Shown here: positions 1-9,323 of the stretch, in pieces
Position numbering within the stretch: position 1 is the first letter of the stretch
Layout: each line of letters opens with the position of its first letter
Assembly (NCBI GenBank): GCA_019058015.1
Contig: JAHLWH010000104.1
Location: 1-44,622, forward strand
Reading direction: 5' to 3'
Source: Promethearchaeota archaeon
GTDB lineage: Archaea > Asgardarchaeota > Lokiarchaeia > Sigyniarchaeales > SOKP01
Length of the DNA stretch: 44,622 nucleotides
Notes under the pieces: model-generated
Databases searched by the model: none
What the model was told of the DNA's origin: nothing
The model's input: only the letters and a program-made list of their open reading frames with translations
Program-made: the position numbers and the translations under genes

Positions 1-186
1 CAATTATATTATATGCATTTGTAGAATTAAATTGAAAGTAATTGTTGTTATTAAAAAAATACATATTTGGTGGTTGTGATTTTCCAATTTGGAGCAGAAA
101 AAAAGAAGTTAGAATAGTTGAGAAACTTAAAAACCATATTAAATAGACATGTTTATGATATGGCATTTTGTTAATTAGTAAAATTT

Positions 187-702
187 TTAATATTCAATTC
201 CAAGGCCGGCTTGTATTCCATATGTTGAGAAGTAATGTTTTATCATCTTCATTTCAGTTATGAGATCTGCTCTTTCTTTTATTTTGGGATGTATTTTTTG
301 CCCACCGGTTAAAATTAATTCAACTTTTTCAGGTTTTTTTTCAATCAAATTCATAACGTCATCAATCTTGATTATATGCATTTCAAGAGCAACTCCAATT
401 TCATCAAGTATCACGAGATCATAGTTATCGCTCATAATAATTTCTTCTGCATATTTAAGGGCTTTTTTACCTTCTTCGATATCAATTTTCTCCGGTTTCA
501 TTATTAGATCAATTCTTCCAAACTGGTGTATTTCAAAATTTTCAATTCCTTTAACGGCATTTAATTCTCCGTACTTTGTGTTTCCTTTCATAAATTGAAT
601 CATATTTACCTTAAATCCGTGTCCTGAAGCACGTAAACCAAGACCTAATGCAGCAGTAGTTTTTCCCTTTCCTCTACCAAAATATAATTGAATTAAACCC
701 AA
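187..702 (-). CDS. cobO: cob(I)yrinic acid a,c-diamide adenosyltransferase (CobO/BtuR family)
   Basis: GRGKGKTTAALG P-loop, IQFMKG, YDLVILDEI, ELILTG and ADLITEM..IKH motifs; TTG start. Confidence 0.93.
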   Translation of the reverse strand: MGLIQLYFGRGKGKTTAALGLGLRASGHGFKVNMIQFMKGNTKYGELNAVKGIENFEIHQFGRIDLIMKPEKIDIEEGKKALKYAEEIIMSDNYDLVILDEIGVALEMHIIKIDDVMNLIEKKPEKVELILTGGQKIHPKIKERADLITEMKMIKHYFSTYGIQAGLGIEY

Positions 703-1561
703 TTTTGACCTTTTTTGAATAATTATCGACTCCTTTTTTTAATAATTAGAATAAATGCAAGTTATAATAATGCAAAATTATCTGTACTTTAAAAATTTTC
801 AATGAAATTATTAAAATTGTCTTATATTTCCAAATTAACTCTTTAAAAATTAAATAGAATTTTAAAAGAAATAGAAATAGGATTTTAATTTTTATATTTA
901 AATAATATTAAAAATTTCAATAATAAAAATCCGGAAGGTAAGAAAGGATTGGAATGCAAGAGGAAAAAGGAATTATAATTTAAGAATCAATTACCATTCA
1001 ATATTAGCGGAGGAATAAATTATGGCAAAAAATCCATTATTTCCAATGCATCCCAATTTTTTTTTATAAAATTTCTTACATTATATCTATATCCCAATCT
1101 ATATTTAAACTTTTCTCCAAAAAATATGAATGTTTGAAATGATTAGAGAATAAATTGTAATTATATTTCAAAATTAATTGAATTAAAATAGAGTATTTTT
1201 ATATAAATTCAAATAAATAAAAGAAAAAAAGAAAATAATCCATAATTCTTAAGAAATTTAAAAATTTTTTTTTAAGTTTACTGCAGACAAAAATCGAAGC
1301 TTTTTTGAATTTTAAATTTGTTTTTATTTTGATTCATAATTTTCGATTTTTCGAGAAAATGGGTTGGTTTATTAACGCATTATTAATCCTTATTATTTTT
1401 CATAATTTAGAGGAAAATAAATTTTATATGATTTATGAAGAGAATTTAAATTATTTCTATAGAAAAAAGCAAATATTTTAGTTTCTTCTGTTATAGATAT
1501 CTGATTTTTTATGTAACATTAAGTTGGAAAATAAATTAAAAAAGAATTGATTTAATTTATG

Positions 1562-2104
1562 TTATGATATCCACTTCTTTTCAGAAGTTTTTTTTATGAA
1601 TTTTAGAGAATATACAAAGATTATAACTAAGAGTGTGAACGTTATAAAGCCAATAAGATAATACCAACGTCCAGCAAATCCACCTACTTCTACATACAAG
1701 TACCAGAAAATCCAGAATATTAATGCTCCCAACATTACAAAAAATATATCCCAAATACTATTTAGTATAGAATCACGGCGATTTTCAAATTTTTTACCTG
1801 TATACCAGAAAATTGTATTTTCAAATATTTCCCAGACAACTGCAACTGCCAATGTAAGAAGAAATACACCCCATAATTCAAAAAGTGGGGGAAGTCCATA
1901 ATGTTGATATAAAGAATAACCCAAAGAAATAATCAACCATGCCATTACGCCCATTGCAACATGACCAATTGAATATGAATCTAATGGGGATACTCCTACT
2001 TGTGAGATATCTTGTGCAACTGAAGGTGCAGTTAAATCAGCATAGCAGAAAGGACATCCATTTAAGTTTTCACCTATTTCAGCCTCACAATGAGGACATT
2101 TCAT
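1562..2104 (-). CDS. Zinc-ribbon-fused membrane protein, DUF2585-like
   Basis: N-terminal CPHC...CPFC; about 4 TM helices with SIGH, WEIFEN and DSILNSIWD motifs. Confidence 0.65.
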   Translation of the reverse strand: MKCPHCEAEIGENLNGCPFCYADLTAPSVAQDISQVGVSPLDSYSIGHVAMGVMAWLIISLGYSLYQHYGLPPLFELWGVFLLTLAVAVVWEIFENTIFWYTGKKFENRRDSILNSIWDIFFVMLGALIFWIFWYLYVEVGGFAGRWYYLIGFITFTLLVIIFVYSLKFIKKTSEKKWIS

Positions 2105-2182
2105 AATTTAGAACTCACATATTTTTTATTGATATATTACTTTATTACGGGATTATTTAATTTAAATCATTGTTATTCAGTT

Positions 2183-3052
2183 TTATTGGATCCAACCTAT
2201 TCCAAACATTAAAAAGATCATCAATATTCCCGAATAAAACGCTAAACAAGCAAGTATTTTCCGTATTATATTACCTTTAACTCGAGAGGTTAAATATACT
2301 CCAATTTGAGCACCAACAATTCCTCCTAATGTCCCAAAAATTGGCCATAACCATGAACTTGTGTAAGAGCCCAATAAGAGATGAACAACTAATCCAAACA
2401 ATGGACTCATTATATTACCTAATTCACCTGTAGCAGCAGCTTCTTTTGGTTCTAAATCGAGAAGTATCATTGAAGTGGTATCAACAGTGCCACCACCTAA
2501 ACCTACAAGCCCTGAAATTAATCCGCCAGAAAATGAACTAAAAGAGACAAAAGCAAAACTTTCAATACGAATTTTTTTTCCCTTAATTGTAGTTGTTGAT
2601 TTTAATGCATCATTTGAATTCTTAGGCAATACATTTATAGATTCATTGTTTTTAGAGATATGCTGAGTACTCACTTCAATTTCCTTTCTCTTAAAGAGCA
2701 AGATACTCAAAATCATTATTACTGAGCCACAAAGACCAGCTAAAATATTGTTAGTTACTACTAAAGTAATAAGGCCGCCGACTATCACCCCTGGAACATC
2801 CCAAATACTATATAATAACGCTAATCGATAATTAACCAATTTTAATTTCATATACCTAATTGACGCGCTTATTACTGTCCCAGTCATAAAGAATAGTGAG
2901 ATAACAATAGAATCTTTAACAGGAAATCCAAAAATAAATATAAAAGTAGGCTTAATTAGAATGCCACCGCCTAGACCCACCATTGAAGCGATAGTCCCTA
3001 TACCGAGACCAAAAAAAATCGCAAGAAAAGCAAATTCGTCCCCAAGTGGCAT
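2183..3052 (-). CDS. Sulfite exporter TauE/SafE family membrane protein
   Basis: Duplicated G(L)GGG motif in each half; about 8 TM helices. Confidence 0.88.
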   Translation of the reverse strand: MPLGDEFAFLAIFFGLGIGTIASMVGLGGGILIKPTFIFIFGFPVKDSIVISLFFMTGTVISASIRYMKLKLVNYRLALLYSIWDVPGVIVGGLITLVVTNNILAGLCGSVIMILSILLFKRKEIEVSTQHISKNNESINVLPKNSNDALKSTTTIKGKKIRIESFAFVSFSSFSGGLISGLVGLGGGTVDTTSMILLDLEPKEAAATGELGNIMSPLFGLVVHLLLGSYTSSWLWPIFGTLGGIVGAQIGVYLTSRVKGNIIRKILACLAFYSGILMIFLMFGIGWIQ

Positions 3053-3170
3053 TATAGCTGAATAAATTACTCAGAGTTAAAGAATTTTTGGATAAATTAT
3101 TACTTTTAATCAAAAATTTGAAAAAAAGATTAATAGATCATTTTTCTATATTAATTGAGAGGAAATTTTT

Positions 3171-3974
3171 TTGGTAAATAATGTGAAATATAAAGAATTT
3201 TATGAACAACATAAAAATTTTTCATTGAGAACATTATCAGAATATTATCTATCTCCAGGTATAAGGTGTAAATTCGACTTACTTCTTAAAAATTTGGGAT
3301 CAAAAAGGAAATTTACTAATGCTTTAGAAATTGGATGTTCTGGCGATTCATTTCTTTATTTTTATGAAATGATTATTCATAAATCATTTTTAGATATAGC
3401 TATAACTCCCTTAAAACAATATATTCCAAAAAATAGAAAATTGCAGAATAAACTTGATTATAAAATGCATCCAATTTGCGTTGATATGGTTCAGCTGCCA
3501 TATCAAGCAAATCAATTTGATTTAATTATTGCTTTAGATGTGCTTGAACATATAAAAAATGATAAAGCTGCCATAAAAGAAATTAGTAGGGTTATAAAAC
3601 CCAAAGGAATTGTAGTAATTACCGTACCTCACCGAAAAAAATATTATACTCAACAAGATTTAATTATTGGTCATTATCGTAGATATGAAATAAAGGAATT
3701 GAAAGATATGTTTGAAGTTAATGGCTTTAAAGAAATTAGAACTTTTGGAATTTACGGGCAATTGATGAAAATTTCTGAAATTCAAGCAGTAAATCCAGAT
3801 AAAGTTGAAAAAAATTTAATTAAATTACGAACAAAATATAACGATAATCCAGTTTTTAGAAGTTTTTGGAAAAAGTTCATTAAATTCAGTTCGATTTTGA
3901 TGAAAATAGATGCTACATATCGTCCTTTAAGAAGTGTAATGAATATATCTATGTTTTTCCAAAAAAACGATTAA
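3171..3974 (+). CDS. Class I SAM-dependent methyltransferase
   Basis: ALEIGCSG, FDLIIALDVLEH, RVIKPKG..VITVP and GHYRRY motifs. Confidence 0.88.
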   Translation: MVNNVKYKEFYEQHKNFSLRTLSEYYLSPGIRCKFDLLLKNLGSKRKFTNALEIGCSGDSFLYFYEMIIHKSFLDIAITPLKQYIPKNRKLQNKLDYKMHPICVDMVQLPYQANQFDLIIALDVLEHIKNDKAAIKEISRVIKPKGIVVITVPHRKKYYTQQDLIIGHYRRYEIKELKDMFEVNGFKEIRTFGIYGQLMKISEIQAVNPDKVEKNLIKLRTKYNDNPVFRSFWKKFIKFSSILMKIDATYRPLRSVMNISMFFQKND

Positions 3975-4028
3975 AGCTTTATTCTAAAGATTAAAAAACC
4001 ATAAAAGAAAAGAATCACTTAACGAGTT

Positions 4029-4838
4029 ATGGACTATTATTGGTATACTATTCTTTTACTCTTTTTAATTGGAATTCTAATAGGCACAATTGCAATTTTA
4101 TCAGGGATTGGGGGAGGTGTCATATCAGTCCCATTGATGACTATACTTTTTATGTTGAGTGAAGATATTGCAGTTGGAAGCTCAACGCTAATTATTCTTA
4201 TTTCCTCAGGTTTTGGATTTATTTTACTCAAGAGACAAAAGAGGATAAACATAAAATTATGTTTAATATGTTCAATATTCACTATTATAGGAAGTTTAAT
4301 CTCTACTATTTTATTTATCATATTTCCAATAGATAATTATCTATTGAGGTCGATTTTTGCGTGTGTAATGATTTATGTATCAATCAACTTAATATTCAGA
4401 AAAGATCCAGCAAACAAAAATAAAAATTCAAATGAAAGTGAAAATACAAGCGAGAGTTTTTCACTAGAGTTTAAAATTCATAAAAATATTTTAAAAAAAG
4501 GGATACCTTTATTTCTTTTAGCAGGATTTCTTGCAAATTTATTGGGAATTGGAGGAGGAATTGTTAATACACCAACTTTACACTATATATTTCAATTTCC
4601 AATCTATTATGCAACTGCTAATTCAACAGGTATTATCTTTTTTACTTCAATTTATAATGTAATAGTTAAAATAATGTTGGGAAAGGTTGATTTCATCATC
4701 GGAATTCTAATGGGGGCGGGAGGTCTAATTGGTGCATATTTTGGTGCAAAAATATCTCAAAAAATATCTCGAAAAAAACTAACAATAATTTTAGCAATTA
4801 TTTTATTAATTGGTTCAATAAGAATGTTTTTTCCTTAG
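4029..4838 (+). CDS. Sulfite exporter TauE/SafE family membrane protein
   Basis: GIGGGV..VP and LGIGGGIVNTP repeats; about 8 TM helices. Confidence 0.9.
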   Translation: MDYYWYTILLLFLIGILIGTIAILSGIGGGVISVPLMTILFMLSEDIAVGSSTLIILISSGFGFILLKRQKRINIKLCLICSIFTIIGSLISTILFIIFPIDNYLLRSIFACVMIYVSINLIFRKDPANKNKNSNESENTSESFSLEFKIHKNILKKGIPLFLLAGFLANLLGIGGGIVNTPTLHYIFQFPIYYATANSTGIIFFTSIYNVIVKIMLGKVDFIIGILMGAGGLIGAYFGAKISQKISRKKLTIILAIILLIGSIRMFFP

Positions 4839-4920
4839 GAATAGAGTTTTCTATCTGAATACCATAAAGTACTAATAACATAATAGTTTAATTTCTAATT
4901 AAATATAAAAAGTGATGTAA

Positions 4921-5751
4921 ATGTCCCGCAGGATTGATTTATTAAGACTTGATTACACTTTTTCGGTCATTGTTCCCCTTCTTATCGCAATTTTTATCAA
5001 TAATTACCTAATTTGGAACCATATCGATATTATAGTAGGATTTGTAATGCTCGCAATTACGGGTAATACTTGGAATGATGTAGTGGATATGAGAGATCCT
5101 AATGAAATAGAAACACTTGAAAGAGTTGAGGGGTATCATTGGAAGGAAATATTTACAATAGGTTTAGTTACATTTGTTTTGGGCTTTACATTATTATTAA
5201 GGACATGTTTTGAAAAATGGATCAATGGAATCCTTCTTTTCGTAATAATCATCTTGGTTTTATTATACTGTGTAAAATATAAATCAGTTCCAATATTGAA
5301 TCACATTTTACTCGGAGCTTCTCATATCATATTACCATATTTTATGATAAAAATAGACCATATTGGAATTCCCTTAACCGAACCACTTATGAGTGGAACT
5401 GAATGGTTTTTAATGTTTGCATTCTTTACTTTCGCAATAACTGGTCAATTTGTTCATGAGGTTATAGATGGGGATAGTATTACAAGATTTTCTTTAAAAA
5501 CTCAGCAAAAAATAATCTGGGTTTCATCAATCATTACACTTATAGTAGCAGTCTGTACATTTATTGTCTATCCTGTTATCTATTTTATTCCATTTATTCT
5601 TTTCCCAATCGGAACATTGTATACATTTAGACATCCCACAAAATCAACAAAGGGTGTAAAAGATGTTGGTATTTTGATGGGGAATTTCCTTCTCATTTAT
5701 TTTGTTACCCTAATTATTATGCAGATGAATGGGTTTGTTATTCTTCTATGA
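4921..5751 (+). CDS. UbiA-superfamily prenyltransferase-like membrane protein (divergent)
   Basis: Multi-TM; Asp-rich motif NDVVDMRD and second motif HEVIDGD. Confidence 0.7.
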   Translation: MSRRIDLLRLDYTFSVIVPLLIAIFINNYLIWNHIDIIVGFVMLAITGNTWNDVVDMRDPNEIETLERVEGYHWKEIFTIGLVTFVLGFTLLLRTCFEKWINGILLFVIIILVLLYCVKYKSVPILNHILLGASHIILPYFMIKIDHIGIPLTEPLMSGTEWFLMFAFFTFAITGQFVHEVIDGDSITRFSLKTQQKIIWVSSIITLIVAVCTFIVYPVIYFIPFILFPIGTLYTFRHPTKSTKGVKDVGILMGNFLLIYFVTLIIMQMNGFVILL

Positions 5752-5855
5752 AATTTTCAAAATTTCTTTGAATAAATTATTTAGAAAAATCAAATCTTTA
5801 AAAAATTAATAGAACAATCTTTATTAAAAAGAATTTTATTATTGTTATCGTTAAA

Positions 5856-6893
5856 ATGAAAAGAGAGTTTATTATAAGAGGGCAATTTCAGAAGAAGTTA
5901 AATAAAGAAATCACTCAATGTTTAACTTGTGAACATCAATGTAAGATATTTGATGGTAATTATGGAATATGTAAAACAAGAAAAAATATCAAAGGTGAGA
6001 TTTTTTCCACTGTATATGGAAAAATATCATCTCTTTCTTACAACCCAATTGAAAAGAAACCATTTTTCCATTTTCATCCGGGAACCACTGCAATAACTAT
6101 TGGAACCTTTAGTTGCAACTTTGAATGTTTTTGGTGTCAAAATTGGGATATTTCAAAACAAAGTCAAGACAATTTTAATTCAAAAAACCTTTTTATTTCT
6201 CCTGATGAATTAATTAAATTAGCAAAATCACGATCAAGTGAAGGCACTTCCATCTCTTTTAATGAACCAACACTATTATTTGAGTATTCTTTGGAAGTCT
6301 TTAAATTGGCTAAAAAGGAGGGGCTCTACAATACGTATGTTACTAATGGATATATGACAGAAAAGGTTCTTAGATCACTTGCTGAAAATGGTTTAGACGC
6401 ATTAAATATAGATATTAAGGGAAATCAGGAATTTGTTAAGAAATATTGTAAAGCTGATGTTGAGAAAGTGTGGAGAAATGCAAAGTTAGCAAAAGATTTA
6501 GGAATGCATATAGAAATTACAACATTAGTAATCCCAGGGATGAATTCTGACCATGACACCTTCAAAGAGATTGCTGAAAGAATAAACAGAGATTTAGGTA
6601 ATGAAACTCCTTGGCATATAAATCGGTTCCATCCTGCTTATAAATCACTCGAATATGGAGCAAGTAAAAAAACTCCAGTGAAAGTGCTCGAAAATGCATA
6701 TGAAATAGGAAAAAAAGTTGGATTAAATTATGTTTATGTTGGAAATGTTCCTAGTCATAAATATGAAAATACTTATTGTCCAAATTGCGGGAAAATGGTT
6801 ATTAAAAGATATGTATTTGATATAAATAAGTTAAATTTAACTAAAGATGGAAAATGTGCTAATTGCTATTATGATCTAAAAATTAAATTATGA
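5856..6893 (+). CDS. amrS: AmmeMemoRadiSam system radical SAM enzyme (PflA-like)
   Basis: N-terminal CxxCxxxC, NPIEKKPFFHFHPG, CNFECFWCQNWDIS, SFNEPT, and C-terminal YVYVGNV..ENTYCPNCG. Confidence 0.9.
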   Translation: MKREFIIRGQFQKKLNKEITQCLTCEHQCKIFDGNYGICKTRKNIKGEIFSTVYGKISSLSYNPIEKKPFFHFHPGTTAITIGTFSCNFECFWCQNWDISKQSQDNFNSKNLFISPDELIKLAKSRSSEGTSISFNEPTLLFEYSLEVFKLAKKEGLYNTYVTNGYMTEKVLRSLAENGLDALNIDIKGNQEFVKKYCKADVEKVWRNAKLAKDLGMHIEITTLVIPGMNSDHDTFKEIAERINRDLGNETPWHINRFHPAYKSLEYGASKKTPVKVLENAYEIGKKVGLNYVYVGNVPSHKYENTYCPNCGKMVIKRYVFDINKLNLTKDGKCANCYYDLKIKL

Positions 6894-7001
6894 AAAAATA
6901 GAGAAAATTTAATTAAACCTTTTTATGAACAAAGAATAGATTTATTTTACTGTTAGGATGTAAGACTGTATTTTTCTTGAATGAAAAAACTAAATTTAAT
7001 A

Positions 7002-9197
7002 TTACACATTTTCAGATTTTTTTCTCTTATTATCTTTTAATAGTGTATCAGCTGAGATAAATGAAGAACTAGTATCATAATGCTTTTCCCTCTTTTTTTT
7101 CCTTGTTTCATATTCAATTGGAGTTGATTTAAACCGAACTTTTGATTTTAAATAATATTTAGGATTTAACTCAGATACAAATTGTGATAATCTTGCTGTT
7201 TGTTTTCCCTTGAATCCAGAAATAACAGAAGGAGATATTAAAAATAACTGATCTTTTGCTCTAGTCATTGCTACATAAAATACTCTACGTTCTTCCTCTA
7301 AAGCATCCTCATCACCCACTACTCTATGAGACGGAAAATAATCTTCGGAGAGCATTGGAATAAAGACAATCCGCCATTCTAGACCTTTTGCACGATGAAT
7401 AGTTGAAAGAATTAATGGTTTTTCGTCAGTTTTTTTAGAACCCAATAATGTAGTTCTTGAATCTAATTCGGATACATTCAAACTCATTTGTTCCAAAAAT
7501 TGTTGGATTGTCTTAAAACCACCAGCATAAATACCAAGTTGCTTTAAATCATCTAAACGATCATACCAATCAGTATATTTAGATTTTAATGGATCTTCAA
7601 GTAATTCGGTAAGATTCAAGATTACTTCAGAAGGTTTATCTTCGCGGGAAAGGGCGATTAATTGTTTTATATGAACTCTAAGGTTTCTTAGACCATCTTT
7701 TGGAATTCTTTGTCCTTTCAATTTTCCGGAAAAAAATGTTTTATTTAATATGGCTTCGATGGGATGCTCAGTCTGTGATATGGCACTAAAAATTTTTGAA
7801 CCAGAGGTTGTACCAAATCCAGGGATCATAGAAAATATTCGAGACCATGATAACTCATCATAAGGATTCTCAATTATTCGTAGGTGAGCAATCAAATCTT
7901 TGATATGCGCCCTTTCAAAAAATGATACACCTGATCGTACTTCATACGGTATATTTTTTGCTTGGAGTTCTAATTCAATCTTCATAGAATGAAACCCAGC
8001 ACGATAAAGGACAGCCATTTCATGTAATTTAAAACTTTTTGAACGCAATGTCAAAATTTGGTTGGCAATGAATTTTGCTTGATCTTCATCGTCTCCCACA
8101 TTAACTTGATAAGGCTTTACTCCATTACGTCGAGTGGTTCTCATATCTTTCTTATATTGCCTTTTATTGTATTGAATTGAATTATTTGCTAAATCAAGAA
8201 TTTCAGGAATGCTGCGATAATTATAAGTGATTTTATAAACTTTACAATTACTTAACTTTTTTGAAAAATTTAAAATATTCTGAAAATTTGCTCCTCGGAA
8301 TGCGTAAATACTTTGAGCGTCATCTCCAACAGCCATAATATTATGTTCAGAATTTTGTGAAGCTATTTTGTGAATGATATCATCTTGGATATGATTTGTG
8401 TCTTGATATTCGTCAACTAAAATATATTTTATATTTTTTGCAATTCGTTGAGCAAATGATCTTTCATCTAATAATAGATTCCAATAGACTAACAAATCAT
8501 CGAAATCAACCAAATTATCTTTTGCTTTTTTCTTTTTGTATATCTCAAATGTATCATTTAATTTCGTGAGTATTTTATTACTATCAAATTGCGGATATTT
8601 CCAGAGTATAACTTCTTGAATAGATTTATTACAATTAATCGAATATGATAAGATTTTCTTACACATTTTTGAAGTTGGAAAGCGTTCTTCAATTTCTTTC
8701 ACATTTATTTCATCAATTGCCAACTTCATAAGTGCATTTGCATCGGATTCATCCATTATTGTATAATTTGGTTTCAAGCTGAGTGTTTTGGTATATATTC
8801 GAATAAATCGATTGGCCATAGAATGAAAAGTTCCAGCCCATATTCCTTTCGGTCTTTTACCAAGTAATTTTTCTACACGCTTGATCATTTCTTTAGCTGC
8901 TTTATTAGTAAAGGTAACAAGCATAATTTCAGATGGGTGAACTCCATTTAATAATAATCTAGCAACAGAATAAACGATAGTTCTTGTCTTACCTGAACCC
9001 GCTCCAGCGATTACTAGCATTGGACCTTTAATATTATTTACTATCTCAAGCTGCTCCTCATTTAGTTCTTGTTCAAAATTTATTGTATTGTATTTTTTTA
9101 TTAGTTCCTTACCATTTACAGAAGTATCTTCAACTTCTTCGTAAAATTCAAATATAAACTCTTCTGAAAGATCTTTAGAGTCCTTGTTTTTACTCAT
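7002..9197 (-). CDS. ATP-dependent SF1 helicase, UvrD/PcrA family
   Basis: AGAGSGKT, TFTNKAA, LVDEYQD, VGDDAQSIYAFRGA, NYRS, TIHRAKGLE and EERRVFYVAMTRAK motifs. Confidence 0.95.
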   Translation of the reverse strand: MSKNKDSKDLSEEFIFEFYEEVEDTSVNGKELIKKYNTINFEQELNEEQLEIVNNIKGPMLVIAGAGSGKTRTIVYSVARLLLNGVHPSEIMLVTFTNKAAKEMIKRVEKLLGKRPKGIWAGTFHSMANRFIRIYTKTLSLKPNYTIMDESDANALMKLAIDEINVKEIEERFPTSKMCKKILSYSINCNKSIQEVILWKYPQFDSNKILTKLNDTFEIYKKKKAKDNLVDFDDLLVYWNLLLDERSFAQRIAKNIKYILVDEYQDTNHIQDDIIHKIASQNSEHNIMAVGDDAQSIYAFRGANFQNILNFSKKLSNCKVYKITYNYRSIPEILDLANNSIQYNKRQYKKDMRTTRRNGVKPYQVNVGDDEDQAKFIANQILTLRSKSFKLHEMAVLYRAGFHSMKIELELQAKNIPYEVRSGVSFFERAHIKDLIAHLRIIENPYDELSWSRIFSMIPGFGTTSGSKIFSAISQTEHPIEAILNKTFFSGKLKGQRIPKDGLRNLRVHIKQLIALSREDKPSEVILNLTELLEDPLKSKYTDWYDRLDDLKQLGIYAGGFKTIQQFLEQMSLNVSELDSRTTLLGSKKTDEKPLILSTIHRAKGLEWRIVFIPMLSEDYFPSHRVVGDEDALEEERRVFYVAMTRAKDQLFLISPSVISGFKGKQTARLSQFVSELNPKYYLKSKVRFKSTPIEYETRKKKREKHYDTSSSFISADTLLKDNKRKKSENV

Positions 9198-9323
9198 TTT
9201 TATTTTTAATTAATGCGAAATATTTTAATAAATTATTAGTCTGTGAAGATTTGTTAATCATATAATGTTTAATTTAATAAATAATTGGGTTTTATAAATA
9301 TATTTGATAATAGGTGTTTAAAG

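Noticed and set aside
42-146. Short + strand frame (..IFGGCDFPIWSRKK..) faintly resembling an amidohydrolase C-terminus
   Set aside because: Only about 34 codons, preceded by in-frame stops at the window edge; not supportable.
703-1561. Replication origin
   Set aside because: No ORB-like repeats or cdc6/orc1 gene; AT-richness is shared with the other spacers.
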